Below are positions 39,320 to 50,790 of a stretch of DNA of 64,000 bases, one piece after another. Origin of the DNA: Rhynchobatus australiae (taxonomy: Eukaryota); the NCBI GenBank assembly GCA_034780895.1, contig JAUZTB010000017.1, positions 27,517,233 to 27,581,232 on the forward strand, written 5' to 3'. The notes below the pieces were generated by a model. The model saw nothing but the letters and a program-made list of their open reading frames with translations. It was not told the origin of the DNA and made no database searches. A program made the position numbers and the translations under genes. The stretch's first letter is position 1, and every line of letters begins with the position of its first letter.

Positions 39320-40140
39320 CTCTGGAAGTAGAGATTCCTATCAGCAAAGAGCTACAGCTTCAAAAACACCAATCCCAGTTGGACATCTCTGATAAACAGT
39401 GTATTCACAAGCTCACGTTTTTTAAAGATAGTCATCACTGATACATGTGGCATTCTGCAGGATGATATTTGTCCTCTCATGCCTGGACTGCTCTCCCTGT
39501 CAAGGTCAAGGTCACATTCACTCTCAAATTCCTTGCCATAGGATCTTTCCAAATGGCCACAGCAGATCCCTGCCATGTGTCACAGTTTCTTGCTCCCTGC
39601 TACATCACACTTCTTTGCCAGCTTCAGTAATGAGGAAACTGTATCACGGAATTTAACAGCATTACTGGATCTGTCTGCACCCTGACTGCATACATGTGCC
39701 CTTGGAGTCTCTCACTAATAACCCAGCCCTTTCCTCAACAGGAAAGGTTTCCATTCCCACAATGTGCAGGTGCTGTGGGTCATGAGACTTTCCTAATGGT
39801 CAGTGCCATATTTCTAAGCAGCAGGCACGATACCGTCATCCTCGAGGAAACTGAATTCTTAGACTTTTCCTGCCACCGGTACCTGGGGCGATGGACCCTT
39901 GGGGTCAAGGCCCACCGTCTTCTTCCTTGACTCCTAACACCAGTCTGTTCTCCAATCACTGTTGCTTCGTGGGTTTACTGGAGCCTCCTAAGTTTGAAGT
40001 TCGTGGTGGGGAGTGTTATTGGACTCCTGAAAGTGAGTGGTAGCTGTCTTTATTACTCAGGGCTTGAAATCCAGTGTACACAGAATAGATATGGGGATTT
40101 CAATATAGTGTACTTCATGCTGCATAAGCTGGGAAACACA
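39320..40140 (+). mobile_element. Decayed PIF/Harbinger transposase (HARBI1-like DDE nuclease) relic
   Basis: Ordered motifs across frameshifts: LPVKVKVTFTLKFLAIGSFQ...HVSQ; DCIHVPL; FLNRKGFHSHNVQV; VSAIFLSSRHDTVIL; WTLGVKAH...LLTP; VIGLLKVSGSCL; MLHK. Confidence 0.8.
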
Positions 40141-40839
40141 ACGGCTGGTTCCCAGGGAAAAGCAGCGTGCAGACCCTGAGGTCGAAGATAAGCGGTGTTG
40201 ACTGAAAAACTTGCAGGAGTAGAAGGAGCAGGATGACTCAGATGGTCACTAGATAAGAACACCAACAGCCTCACCTCACAGAGCAGAGACAAGACATTGA
40301 ATGCATGGGCTGCAAGGAACTCTCTGATGAGGGACACTTCTCAGAAGGAGAAATGTAGCACCCAGTGCAGACAGTGACCCCTCTCCACACTCCCATCAGT
40401 AACATTGATAATCAGCTGAGAGTGCCCAGGTGAGAAATAATAATAATAATCACGTCCTCCTTTTCCAGGGCCACTTGCACTGATCATAAAACATTAAAGA
40501 ATGAATCCTTGATCCAATTACTGAAATGGCTTGCTCCAACTGTTTTCAATGGTTTACAGCTCACCCTGACATATTTTGTAAGGACTTAACATTTATTTCT
40601 ATGTTGATTGAATAAGTGCAGAGTCTCACATCTGCAGGAGGAAGCTGGAGCCCCCTCCTGGCAAGGCTTCTTCCATGGCGGACCTGGCTGGTGTCCTTGA
40701 AGCTCAGAACCTTCGTCCTGTTATGTATTCCAGCATCTGCAGAATCTCTTGTGTCTTCATGTATCTTTCTGTTGTTTGTTGAGTACTTTCATGTCCCTTT
40801 GAGTGCAAGAGGAACTTTTTTTCAGTCTCTTTCTTCATA

Positions 40840-40936
40840 AAGCAAACACAAACGATTGAAGAACTCAGATGTCAAGCGACATCTGTGAAGGCAAAGGAAT
40901 GGTCACCGTTTCAGGTCGAAACCCTGAATCAGGACA
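40840..40936 (-). mobile_element. Penelope-type terminus with hammerhead-like motif
   Basis: Reverse complement gtcctgattcagggtttcgacctgaaacggtgacc...cacagatgtcgcttgacatctgagttcttc. Confidence 0.6.
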
Positions 40937-42742
40937 GACCACTACATGTGCCCAGCCTGATTTTAACCCCTCCCATGCATCACTCTCACTGGGTTAAAAC
41001 TGTGGCGGTAGTCCGCCAGCATCTAAATATGTTTGAACTGCAGATGTAGAAAACTATTATTTTGTTCAAAGTTAATAAACCATTCAAAATTTTAAAAAGA
41101 AGATTGTTCAATGAAATGCTTTGGATGGAGTTCAGAAGTCCATGTTTGATAAAGCAGTGAAAATATTTGAACAATGTTGCCGTGGTGCAAGCTGAAAGGC
41201 TTGTGGTTCCTGCCTCTAAATGGGAAGGTGGGAGAACAGGTCATCCTTGCAGGTGGTTCAGGTGACTGCTTTCGTACAGATAATTAATGTGTACAAGTAG
41301 CTGCTAATTTTGCATTTCAGGAATGATTTATGAGGTGGCATGGGATAGAGGGACATAATCTAATTTAGATCAGAACCTCTGCCACCCATACAATGGTATC
41401 TGCACAGCTGTGAGATGAGAGATGATTAATGGGCAGTTGCGTAAACATGCTGTAGTCATAAAAGGTGTTATTTTGATGACATACTTGTCAGAATAGGAAA
41501 TGGCACTTACAAAGAGTGATGGTCAGTAGCAGAACAGATTATTATGAGCTTTCAGTCACTTATTCACTTGCAATCCAGGTTGAGTACAAATATTGATGCA
41601 AAGATAATGCTGTTTGTAACAATTTGAATGGCTGTTTGTTCAAAAGCTACTAATAGCTTCATGATCTAACCTTGGGCTTCAGTAAAAGTTAAGAGAATAC
41701 ATCACAACTCTTTTAATGGGAGAATAATGCACAAGAGCTGTATTATGTGTAGGAAATGAATGCCATTAGTTTCAGACTCTTGAGATTGTATTCACTTCAG
41801 GTCATCACAAGCCAAACTGAATGCTTTCCTCCAAACTAACTCCACAAATAGTGAGAATAATCCTGTCTTCTCCCTATCTGTGCCACCAGCCACCTTTCCT
41901 CATCAAGCACCACCCACTCCAGCTCCCCACCTCTCCCCAACCTTTGAGTCATGAGTTGAATTTTTTGCATTGCAGCCACAAATATTAGTTTACGGTTTAA
42001 AGTTATAGATTTTGCCTGCTCCTAGGGATTAGCTGCTAATCAGCAACAAATGGGTTTAGAGAAGATTGATGATAATGCAGACTAGTCACCCAATTAGGTT
42101 TATGCTGTCCCCATTTTGATATCAAACCTCACATTGGTTTTGGTGTTGGTGAAGATAAGATCGTCAAGCTAGGTTAAGAAGGGAAAAATAAAGATAGGAA
42201 AGTGATGAAAACATAATTAGAAATAAAAAAGACATACATTAAAAGAATTTCTGAAAAGATTTGTGAATAGAATCACTGCTTTTGTGATCAAGCACTAATA
42301 TCCAAAAATAAATAATTGTAATAAGGTCAACTGCATTGAACTGTTAGTAAAATGTAGATGGGTAAATAACTTGTTTATTCAATGAATGGCCAAGTCACAC
42401 ATTGATAAAGAAGTCCTTGGGTTTCATCCATGTCTGGATTATTAGGCAGTCTCAGACAGTGCACTGTAATTGCCTTCTGTATTTGTTAGATGGCAAGGGG
42501 GAAATTAGCCAGGCTTTTTCCTGGGAACGATTGTAGATTGGGTCTGGTCATGATGTTCTCAATAGTCAGAAAACCTGCCAACACTGACAAAGTATCTGTC
42601 TTCAAATAACTGGACACCATCAAGAAGCAAAGAGCTTCTGGAGATAACTAAAGGGGAGAGATTTTTAAAAATTGTATAGCATTGAAATTCCTCAATAATA
42701 AAATGCTGTAAATTAACTTTTTGTTAATCAATTTCTTTTCAG

Positions 42743-42816
42743 CTTTTAGAATTTGACAGAGAGCTGTCTGTATTTAAAGACAAGTTGAGTGAACAAGAGA
42801 TTGCATTTCCACCCAG
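42743..42816 (+). CDS. INPP5A: INPP5A-like coding exon (LLEFDRELSVFKDKLSEQEIAFPP[S])
   Basis: Acceptor tttcttttcag|CTT, donor CAG|gtatca; 74 nt, ends in phase 2; resembles INPP5A LLEFDKELSVFKDRLYELDISFPPS. Confidence 0.95.
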
Positions 42817-43309
42817 GTATCAAATTTATCCTTTCTTTATCCTGTTGCAAAAATTTAACTGAAGCAATATCCTGCATGAAATTAAAAAAACCCTGAATAT
42901 TTAAAGTGTTTAGTTTTCTTTACAATGATGTGAAAGGTGGTGCTGTCCTTATCAGCATCCTTAGCAAATGTTTTATTGGGACCAGAAATGATTAACAGGG
43001 CCACTGCCTCCTAAAGAAAATGGAGAGAAAATACTTTTGTTTAGAGTCAGGTTGTGACTTAACCTTTGACTGTGTATGTCATTTAAAATTCTGTGCATTA
43101 TTAAAGCTCAATTGTTTTCTATCTTGTTCTCAAGCTAAGGGATCTTAAAAATATCTGTGCATGTATTTCAGTAACTATTGCTTTTTAACATTAACATATA
43201 TATTTCAGATGCTGAAATTAACCTGCTGATAATACAGCTCACTAACATAATATATCAAATAAGTACAGATAATATTGGTTTCTTTACATAGCTTTACATT
43301 ACATGTATC

Positions 43310-43812
43310 CATCTCCCACTGACGGTTGGGATAATCCCAGCAAAGTGATTGCCATTTTTATTTTTAAACTCTACCCATACATCCTAATTTAAAGAGCCTT
43401 CCAAGACATTCTCCTTTACGATTGCAGTGATGACCTCCTGGATCAATCATGCAATGCCCCCTCCTCTTTTTACCCTCCCATCCTCCGTTCTCTGAAATAT
43501 TGAGCTGCCAGTCTTGCCCCTCTTTCAGCCACATTTCTGTGATTACAGTAACATTAGAGTAACATGTGCTGATCAACACTCTTAGGTTCTTACCCATCAG
43601 GCTCCTAGCATCAAGATAAATGCAGCTTAACTATCCATTTTATTGTACCCCCATCTACTCTTCCAAGTGGACTCGCTTGATTTATACTCTATATTTGACT
43701 CCATCTCCCCACCTGCTGTTCTGCATCCCATCCCCAGCCAAATTAACTTAAATCTTCTCAACACATAAGTAAACCTCCCTATAAGGATATTGGTCCCTTT
43801 CCAGTTCCTGTG
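43310..43812 (-). mobile_element. CR1 fragment (end of ORF1 esterase and start of ORF2 endonuclease)
   Basis: HRNWKGTNILIGRF (ORF1 end) followed by VTVITEMWLKEGQDWQLNI (endonuclease). Confidence 0.7.
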
Positions 43813-43879
43813 CAATCAGAAGGTGCAGTATTCAAAATTCTGCGAAAATCCAATCTGACACCAGGTCCTGGTCACATAT

Positions 43880-45014
43880 CCTTGCATATCGGCCTGCAGA
43901 GGAATTTGGAAAGGGAGGAGAAAGATCCAGTTGGTGTGGTCCACATGGGTATCGACAACGTAGGTAGAACAAGGAAAGAGGTTCTGCTGAGGGAATTTGA
44001 GTAGCCAGGGACTAAATTAAAAAGCAGAACCAAAAAGGTAATAATCACTGGATTGCTACCTGAGTCACATGCAAATTGGCACAGGGTCAATAAGATCAGA
44101 GAGTTAATTGCCTGGCTCAAAAATTGGTGTGAGAGAAGTGGGTTTAAATTTGTGGGACATTAGCACCAGTATTGGGGAAGGAGGGGCTCCACCTGAACCA
44201 TGCTGGGACCAGGGTCCTGGTGAATCACATAACCAGCGCTGTAGATAGGGCTTTAAACTAAATCATAGGGAGGTGGGTTCAACAGATTGGAAAAGTATGG
44301 ATAACATAAAAAAAGGAAGGAGAATGCAGGAGAGATTACTGAAGTCTCCAAAATAAAGAACAAGACAGAAAGATTAGAAAGGGGTAAGAATTTAACTTCA
44401 GGCAACATGGAGACAAATTTGAGAAGAATGGTGGTGAATACAAGATTGAAGGTGTTATATCTGAATGCACACAATACACAAAATAAGGTAGATGAGCTCA
44501 TAGCACAGTCAGAAATTGGCAGGTATGTGGGCATCACAGAGTCGTGGTTGAAAGAAGATCACAGCTGGGAGCTAAATATCCAAGGAGACACATCCTATCG
44601 AAAAGACAGGCAGGTGGCTAGAGGGGGTGGGGTGGCTTTGTTGGTAAAAAATGAAATCAAATCCTCAACAAGAAGCTCAGAAGATGCAGAATCCTTGTGG
44701 GCAGAGTTAAGAAACTGCAAGGGTAAAAAGACCCTATTGGGAGTTATATACAGGCCTCAAAATAGTAGACGGGATATGGGGTACAAATTACAACAGGAGA
44801 TAGAAAATACATGTAAAAATGGCAATGTTACGGTAGTCATGGGGGATTTCAATATGCAGGTAGATTGGGAAAATAAGGTTAGTGCTGGATCCCAAGAGAA
44901 GGAATTTGTAGAATGCATACGAGATGGTTAGATAGGTCTTAGAGCAGGATAAAATGTCAGCACAACATTGTGGGCTGAAGGGCCTGTACTGTGCTGTAGT
45001 GTTTTATGTTCTAT
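43880..45014 (+). mobile_element. CR1 LINE: ORF1 SGNH-esterase remnant and ORF2 APE endonuclease joined directly to 3' tail
   Basis: VVHMGIDNVG (ORF1); LKVLYLNA...GITESWL...GGGVAL...GVIYRP...VVMGDFN (ORF 44407-44931); tail gggctgaagggcctgtactgtgctg. Confidence 0.88.
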
Positions 45015-45627
45015 AACTATTTAAGAGATAAGATAAATAGATAAATAAAGGCCCAGAAGAGGAGCTGAGGCCACCATAGATCAGCCATCATCATATTAAA
45101 TGGTGGGGCAAGCTACCACTGCTCCTATTTTCTTGTATACTTGTGACTTGCAGAGAATTTGGAGGGGAGGGGAGGAAAATTATTACCTTTCAGAGGCTGG
45201 ACGAGGTCTAAAACTTATTTCCTGAAGAAGGTAGGGGTAGAAACCTTGTCACATTTAAATAATACTTTGATGTAGACTTGAAGAGCTATGACCTGAGGGC
45301 TATGGATCTGGAGCTGAAAGGTTGGGTCACTCTTCTGCTAGCATTGACAAGTTGGATCCAATGACATCTTTATGTGTCATCCCCAATAATTTTTTTTGAA
45401 ATCTGCAGGACCAATTTAAAGGTGTAAAGAAAATATTCAATAATACATTAACGTTGAAAACTAAGCAGTCATTATTTAGGTCAGTTTAAATAAAAAGACT
45501 GCAGAGGATCCAAAAAAACAGATCTGCNNNNNNNNNNNNNNNNNNNNNNNNNNNNNNNNNNNNNNNNNNNNNNNNNNNNNNNNNNNNNNNNNNNNNNNNN
45601 NNNNNNNNNNNNNNNNNNNNNNNNNNN

Positions 45628-45702
45628 CTTAGAGCAGGATAAAATGTCAGCACAACATTGTGGGCTGAAGGGCCTGTACTGTGCTGTAGTGTTCTATGTT
45701 CT
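45628..45702 (+). mobile_element. CR1 3' tail, near-identical to 44938-45012
   Basis: cttagagcaggataaaatgtcagcacaacattgtgggctgaagggcctgtactgtgctgtagtg is repeated directly after an N gap. Confidence 0.8.
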
Positions 45703-45964
45703 GATGTATTGAAATTACATTTCAATACATGTTTTCTAGGTCAAACAGCTTGTTTATTTTAACATCTTGTCTGTGAGCTTGTACCTGACAAAGAATATGG
45801 AAAAAAACTTGGTCATTTATTTAAATATTTGGATATTCTTTTAAGAAAACCAGAGTGGGCACAGAAAGGTAACATTAAAAAGGAGAAAGAAAGTGCAGAC
45901 CAAAGTGGAAAAGGTAAATAGGATCATGGCAAGTATCAGAAAGTTTTTTGGACAGAACCAGATT

Positions 45965-46060
45965 AAGAGAGACCACTCATCTTCAAAATAGTATGAGGGG
46001 ATCTTTTCCATTCATTTGAGAGCAGATCAGGTTTAACGTTTCATCCAAAAGACAATAGCA
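45965..46060 (-). mobile_element. Deu-SINE fragment
   Basis: cttcaaaatagt...gggatcttttcc...ggtttaacgtttcatccaaaagac is the reverse of the Deu-SINE 5' block. Confidence 0.55.
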
Positions 46061-46544
46061 TAGAAATTCATTGTTGTTGAGGGAGACACTTTGTGCTCTG
46101 CACCTCCATGAAATGCTCATAGGAACGGATCAGGTAAATTTGGGAACAGAACCAGGTTTGTGGAGAATGTAGGGGAGAGTGCCTGTGGTCTGAGGTGGAG
46201 TCAGGGCCTTAGTCATAGCATATATCAGGGTCCTCCGGCCTGGGTTTGGATTGAGGGCAGTGTCAGGGAGCAATTGCATGGGCGAGATTGGGGAGCAGAG
46301 TCAAGTAACGATCATGGGGTTGGGTGAGGGCTGGAGAACGATCAGAGATTTGGGGCTAGAAGTCCAGTCAGAGCATCAGAGGTTAGATCAGGAGCCAGGT
46401 TTTAATTATGCTACTTGAGTAGTAAATCATGCGGATGACTTTACAATAAGCAATAAAAGGAAAATATCCTTAAATCACCAAACAGCAAATAACAAATAAT
46501 TTGAAACTACAGGCTCAAAAATATTCTTAAGTTATATTTCATAT

Positions 46545-46652
46545 TTCTGCATGTGTTCATGTGTACATGCATGGGTGGGCACTTGTGTGAGTATGTAGGC
46601 GTGCATGTTTATTTGCACATGTGTATGTGTACGTGTCCGTGCCCACATGTAA
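46545..46652. repeat. Degenerate (TG)n/(CATG) low-complexity tract
   Basis: Direct reading: gcatgtgttcatgtgtacatgcatg...gtgtatgtgtacgtg. Confidence 0.6.
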
Positions 46653-48054
46653 ATCCAAGTTGATTTTTTTGTTGTCTATTTTGTACCTACAGTGACTCCT
46701 TGTATAGCTCACATCTCTTTATACTGCGTGGCATATTTTGCCTTTTCAAATATGTATTGATGTCTTTTGAAATTAACAGTGAATCTGCTTCCATCATTCA
46801 CTCAAGCATGCATTTCAGTACATGATGACTTGCTGCATCATTTTTCCCGTGTCGTCTCTTTAAATGTATTTTTTCGTATCAATCAGTCCATCACTGAAGT
46901 TTCTCCTTATTACCTCTTTCAACTCTTCCTTCAAACTTATCTGCTCCAAGGATAAGTAACCCATTCCCTTATCTCTCCAATTAATGCATACCTGGAAATT
47001 GGATTGGTTAATGCCTGTTTTTATGAAGAAATCACACGTAAAAGCAATTTAACTGGCGTTAGATTGCTCTTGCAATCATCTCCAGATTAAATAGTGCCCA
47101 TCAGGAATCTTCACTGGCACCTTCAGCCAATCTTCACATTAGTGAATCTGACGGGTTTTCCAGCATCAGACNNNNNNNNNNNNNNNNNNNNNNNNNNNNN
47201 NNNNNNNNNNNNNNNNNNNNNNNNNNNNNNNNNNNNNNNNNNNNNNNNNNNNNNNNNNNNNNNNNNNNNNNNNNNNNNNNNNNNNNNNNNNNNNNNNNNN
47301 NNNNNNNNNNNNNNNNNNNNNNCTAACCACACACCAATCTTTAACACCATGATAGGTCACCAGTAATCAGACAACACAGAGTAATCCCTCACATTCTCTG
47401 TTGCACGATCAGCTCCACTGATTATAACACATTAACAAATTAATCTCTGATCCATTTAGTGAAATGACTTGCTACAACTTTTTGCAGTGGTGTGGAAGCT
47501 CATGATGTCATATCTTGTAAGGATATGAAATCTATTTCTGCAGGGCTTGATGGAATTAGGATTCTCATACCTGGAGGAGACAGCTGTCAGGTTCTTCCTA
47601 AGGTGGGGCCTAGTGGGTCACTTATTATCCCGGACACACCTCCAGACATTTATCTCACTGGTGGCCATAAGTGCTGGTGCCTGCCTCCTGTGGGGAGTGT
47701 GGTACCCTACTCAGATTGGAACGCAGCAGGCTGTTGAAAATTTTGGTGAATTTAGTATGGTCCTATTTTAAGTCTTGTTTCTGACTGTAAACCACCATAA
47801 TGTGGTTTCAAATGTCTTTTTGGCCAGATTCACTGCTTTTTGTGAATGAAACTAAATATGTGGCAGCACTATGCAGAGCACAGGTTTAGATCACCAAACC
47901 CAGGGATAATTTAGTTTCTAGTCTTTAATTCTTTGCACCATTTTAACAACGCTCTTTTTTAACCCTCTCAAAGGCATGGATTTTCTAATGTCTTGGGTCC
48001 AGAATTTGTCACAATATTTTGACAACTCTCACCATTACTTTGTAAAGATTCAAC

Positions 48055-48333
48055 ATGGGCATGGGCATGCATTTAAGGTGAGAGGGGGTAGGTTCAGAAC
48101 AGATGGGAGGGGTACGTTTTTTACTGAGAGAGTGGTGGATGTCTGGAATGCGTTGCCTGATAGGGTGGTGCAGGCAAATTCACTGGGGACTTTTAAGAGG
48201 GGCTTGGATGGGCACATGAATGAGAGGAAAATAGAGGGATATGGGCATTCTGTAGATAGGAGGGAATAACTCTGTCGGTACAACATTGTGGGCCTAAGGA
48301 CCTCTTTCTCTGCTGCACTGTTCTATGTTCTAT
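48055..48333 (+). mobile_element. CR1 LINE 3' end
   Basis: GHAFKVRGGRFRTDGRGTFFTERVVDVWNALPDRVV...TFKRGLDGHM plus tail tgttctatgttcta. Confidence 0.88.
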
Positions 48334-48764
48334 AATCTGCTTAATTTTTTATTCAATGTATCTATTTATGAGTTCAAGGAACCCACATGCCTCTAAACAG
48401 CTTTCTAAGTTTGTCCTACCACTGTCAGAGACTTAATTATGTAAAGCCCCAAGTCCCTCTGTTAGTATTGCATTACTTAGCTTACTTTGCCTCCACTCTG
48501 TCATTCTGCCAAAATAAAGCATTTCCCTGTATTAACTTTCATCAGCCATTGTATCTGCCCAATTCACCAACCTGTCTATACCCTCAGTACTGTCAACCAC
48601 ATTTCCAAGTTCTGTGTCATTTGCCCATGATGAAGTTATTCATTCACAATATTTCAAAAAGAACAGTGATGTATAACAAGATTCAGATAGGAAATACAAC
48701 AACTGTCTCATCCTTACTGAAGGAATTTAAAAAAAACTGCATTGATTCAGTGGTTTCCATTCCT

Positions 48765-49140
48765 TTATAATGTCCCAAAGCATTGCACAGCTATCAAATT
48801 ACCTTTGAACTGTTGTGACTGTCATCCTGAAGGCAATTGCAGCATTAAGGTCACACAGACAGTAATGAGATACCTGACCAAGCACCCTGGATTTAGTATT
48901 GCTGGTAGAGGATTATTGTTGATGAGGACACCAGAAGATTCATCTGCTACTTTTGGATAGTGCCCAGAAATATTTTACACCAGTTAGAAAGGGAAAGTGG
49001 GCCTTTGTTTGATGACAACTCTGAAAGGCGATACCTCCGGCAATGCAGCAGCCTTTTAATATTGAACAAAAGTAGGGCTTGAGCCCATTTCTTCTATCCC
49101 AGAAGTAAGAATGCTAGCAATGAGTTAAGGCTGAAGCAAA
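48765..49140 (-). mobile_element. Deu-domain SINE, decayed
   Basis: tgtcccaaagcattgcacagc...aggacaccag...tagtgcccagaaatattttaca...ctgaaagg is the reverse-complement Deu-SINE pattern. Confidence 0.6.
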
Positions 49141-49249
49141 TTTGTCCATTGAGAAATTATCTGCAGTTTATTGATGGAAAAATCTTGGTACCGCCCATGA
49201 TACATTTATTGATTAAAGTGATTCACAGTTCTAATGGTCCTCTTCCAAA

Positions 49250-50790
49250 ACACACGTGAAAATGACAAATTCATGGTACATTCACTATATTTATAAATAA
49301 CTTGGATATTAGGACAGAAAACCTTGAATTGAAGTTTGCTGATGACTAATTTAGACAGCATTTAGACAGTAGAGTTGGAAACTTTAAATTAAAAGTGATA
49401 TGAATAGATGAGGTGAACAGGCAAAATTGTGGCAAATGGATTTCAATGTAGCAGAAATGAAGTCCACTACTTTGGATCTAAAAAAAGATACTTTTTTATT
49501 ATCATTGTCACATGTACTGAGGTACAGTGAAAAGCTTACAGATCAATTCATTACACAGTGCATTGAGGTGGTACAAGGTAAAACAATAACAGAATGCAGA
49601 ATAAAGTACAACAGCTACAGAGAAAGTGCAGTGCAGGTGGACAATAAAGTACAAGATCATAACAAGGTAGATTGTGAGGCAAAGAGTCCGTCTTATCATA
49701 CCGGGGAACTGTTTAATACTCTCATAACAGCGAAGTAGGAGCTGAGGTGGGTGGAATCTTTGTTTATGTTTTACCAAGGCAGCAAGAAGTACCTATAGAA
49801 TCCACGGAGGGAAGGCTGGTTTCCATGATGTGCTGAGCTGTGTCCACAATTCTCTGCAGTTTCTTGTGGTCTCGGGCAGAGCAGTTGCCATACTAAGCCG
49901 TGATGCATCCAGATAGGATGTTTCTATGGTGCATTGATAAAAATTGGTGAGGGCTGACAGGGACATGCCAAATTTCTTTAGCCACCTGAGGAAGTAGAGG
50001 TTCTGGTGAGCTTTCTTGACTGTGGCATCTATGTAGTTGGACCAGGACAGGTTGTTGGTGATGTTCACTCCTNNNNNNNNNNNNNNNNNNNNNNNNNNNN
50101 NNNNNNNNNNNNNNNNNNNNNNNNNNNNNNNNNNNNNNNNNNNNNNNNNNNNNNNNNNNNNNNNNNNNNNNNCAGGACAGGTTGTTGGTGATGTTCACTC
50201 CTAGGAACTTGAAGCTCTCAACCCTCTCGACCTCAGCACCGTTGATGTAGTTTATAATAGTTGATGAATAGTAGTACTAAATGATGGAAGACTAGCAGAG
50301 ACTTGTTCCGAGATTATTTATGTATGTTGAGGTATGGAAAATAATCAAAAAGGTTGTTGTTTATATCTAGAGCTCCAGAGTAAAAGAGATCTGATGCATT
50401 GCTGCAGCTATATACAATACACTGGTCAGACCATATCTGGTGTACTCTGCATATTTCTGGATGCCATATCTTAAGGAAGAGCACTATAGAGTTACCAAAA
50501 CAACAGCAGGACTCCAACAATTAACTTTTAAGGAGAGCTCACAGAAGCTGGGGTTGTATACCCTGGAATTTAGATAGTTAGTGGGGGATGATAGAGAAAA
50601 GAGACAGAGAGAAACTATTTCTCCTGATTTGGGAGACAAGGCTGCATGATCTATAAAGAACCAGGGCTTTTATGACTCTTGCATGCAAAGGTTAGTAGAA
50701 ATTTGGAACTCTTTTCCAGAAACAGCATTGAGTGTTTAATTTTAGATCTGCGATTGATAGATGGCATACTCCTGCCCCTATATTCCTATG
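49250..50790 (+). mobile_element. Old CR1 3' region interrupted by a Rex/Babar insertion
   Basis: KFADD (aagtttgctgatgac ~49332) and WQMDFNV left of the insertion; LYNTLVRPYL...FW.P and LGLY.LE right of it. Confidence 0.65.
49495..50250 (-). mobile_element. Rex1/Babar-type LINE 3' end
   Basis: Minus ORF ITNNLSWSNYIDATVKKAHQNLYFLRWLKKFGMS...LTNFYQCTIE / ILSGCITA matches the DUF1891-type C-terminus. Confidence 0.8.

Noticed and set aside
44832-44853. VVMGDFN motif as a possible INPP5A motif-1 (FGDFNFR) exon
   Set aside because: It lies within a CR1 APE-endonuclease ORF, downstream of exons that should follow motif 1; shared fold only.
46130-46400. G-rich degenerate repeats (gatcagg/gatcatgggg), with a C-rich counterpart near 11270-11530
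   Set aside because: No constant repeat-spacer periodicity, so not CRISPR-like; probably the internal part of an old unclassified repeat.
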